DNA of 63,836 nucleotides, counting the filler, from Reclinomonas americana ATCC 50394 (taxonomy: Eukaryota), in NCBI GenBank assembly GCA_048213135.1. It is 8 parts of 5 records of this genome, joined end to end, with 100 filler letters (N's around TTAATTAATTAA, not from the genome) between each part and the next. Parts side by side here need not be neighbours in the genome. Positions count along the whole stretch, not along the records: positions 60,535 to 62,634 come from PS015490.1; positions 62,735 to 63,836 come from PS015514.1; 6 more parts are not named here. One strand, 5' to 3'. Below are positions 62,634 through 63,836 of the stretch, in pieces. The notes under the pieces are model-generated. The model was not told where the DNA came from, searched no databases, and saw nothing but the letters and a program-made list of their open reading frames with translations. A program made the position numbers and the translations under genes. Position 1 is the stretch's first letter; the number at the start of each line of letters is the position of its first letter.

Positions 62634-62816
62634 GNNNNNNNNNNNNNNNNNNNNNNNNNNNNNNNNNNNNNNNNNNNNTTAATTAATTAANNNNNNNNNN
62701 NNNNNNNNNNNNNNNNNNNNNNNNNNNNNNNNNNTTTTATTGTGGGTCGCGCATTGCCTTGATTCATTGGATCGTGTCTCACATGTTTGCATGCAGACGG
62801 AACTGGCGACACACAG

Positions 62817-63413
62817 TGTCAGCAGTCCGCGCAACCAGTCGGCGTCGGCAGGAAGCACACGCTTCGAGTCACGCCCAGTGAACGACGGGCAGAAGATGGA
62901 GATGATTTTGAAGGCGGAGCCTGGCGAGGACAAGATGTTTGCGGCCAAGCAGCGCGTGGAGGCGCCAGTGAGCGAGGAGGCCACGGTTTGTCTCTTTGTA
63001 GTTTGCATTGTGACAGGAAGGTGATCCTCATTATTCATGGTTTATAGTTCCCCCGGAAACACACTCGTACGGTCGAGACGATTCGTCGTGATTCACACGA
63101 CTTGATTCGGGATCGCTCGGACGAGAACCTGCAACGAAAGATGTTTGACCGACGCAAGGCTGGCGATTTTGCACCACAGTTGCGATGACTCTTCTTTCTT
63201 TGTTTGTGCATCTCGCTTGGAGCTCAGTATCCGCTGCACACAGATCTCGCGACATTATCTCTCAACCCGAACAAGTTTCGGCACCGGCATCACCACGTCG
63301 AGCGGCCACGACCAACACGGAGGACGGCTTGAAGCGCAAGATCCGAGAAAAAGTCAACCAGGCCGGATCGAGTGCTGCCACAGTGTTCCGGACACTCACG
63401 CGCGGCAAGGACA
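62817..63413 (+). CDS. Internal exons of a hypothetical protein
   Basis: Three in-frame exons ending LKRKIREKVNQAGSSAATVFRTLTRGKD, possibly leading into an EF-hand-like segment. Confidence 0.45.
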
Positions 63414-63836
63414 GTTGCGTGTCTCCTCACGGTGTGGTTATGTCACATGAGTGTCTCTCGCCTTCTCAGGCATTCTCTCTCACTCGGTGTGTTCTCTGTA
63501 TTTTCTCTCTGTCTTGTTCGACGTGATGTTGCACTGTGTCTCTATGTCATTGTATTCTCTGTCTCCTCTCTCTCCTCACTCTCTCCCTCTTTCTCGCTTT
63601 CTGTCTCTCTATATGAGTATTTGTTTGTGCTTCATAAGGGTCAACTATCTCTCTTCTCTCTCAATCTCGTTATTTTCTCTCACTCAAGTGTTTCGTTCTC
63701 ATTGTTGCTCTCTTTCTGTTATCTCTCTGTGTCTCTTTATCTCGCTGTGCGTTCATGTTTCATCTGTGTCTTGTTGTCTCCTTCCTCCCTCTTGCTCGCT
63801 TTCTCTCCCTTCGCTCCCTCCCTCCCTCTCTCTCTC

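Noticed and set aside
18752..62690. Seven identical TTAATTAATTAA palindromes as a biological repeat or TTAA-targeting transposon sites
   Set aside because: Always centred in 100-nt N spacers and encoding stops in all six frames, so they are scaffolding linkers
1354..63420. Shifted-donor introns as U12-type introns or introner elements
   Set aside because: No RTATCCTT donor or TCCTTAAC branch site; intron bodies share no visible similarity or terminal repeats
1..63836. CRISPR arrays, tRNA/rRNA genes, transposase or reverse-transcriptase genes
   Set aside because: No repeat-spacer array, cloverleaf or catalytic motifs seen

Overview
Draft-assembly window from a GC-rich, very gene-dense eukaryotic (protist-like) nuclear genome. 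Genes are split by many short (about 50-100 nt) spliceosomal introns, so the six-frame ORF track is misleading. I spliced the exons by hand using conserved protein motifs. Recognisable genes: GAF/fRMsr-like protein, RluA-family pseudouridine synthase, ARMH3, importin-7/8 (with an intronic U61-like box C/D snoRNA), a tail-to-tail pair of ferlin paralogues, a Nup214-like nucleoporin, thymidine kinase, a BLTP3-like lipid-bridge protein with a PH domain, MRPS34, a MEF2-type MADS-box factor, MRPL33, an EGF plus SUEL-lectin protein, a ferric reductase, and a large Macro-coiled coil-GTPase-DH-PH fusion. The main observation concerns splicing. About 40 introns use a register-shifted donor (|GTTGCG, |GTTGAG, |GTTTCG, with G at +6 instead of +5), almost always when the exon does not end in G. 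Homologous introns of the two ferlin paralogues switch donor class together with that exon-terminal base. Two contigs appear mis-oriented, and the TTAATTAATTAA linkers in gaps are assembly artefacts. All family calls come from motif recognition; no database search was run.
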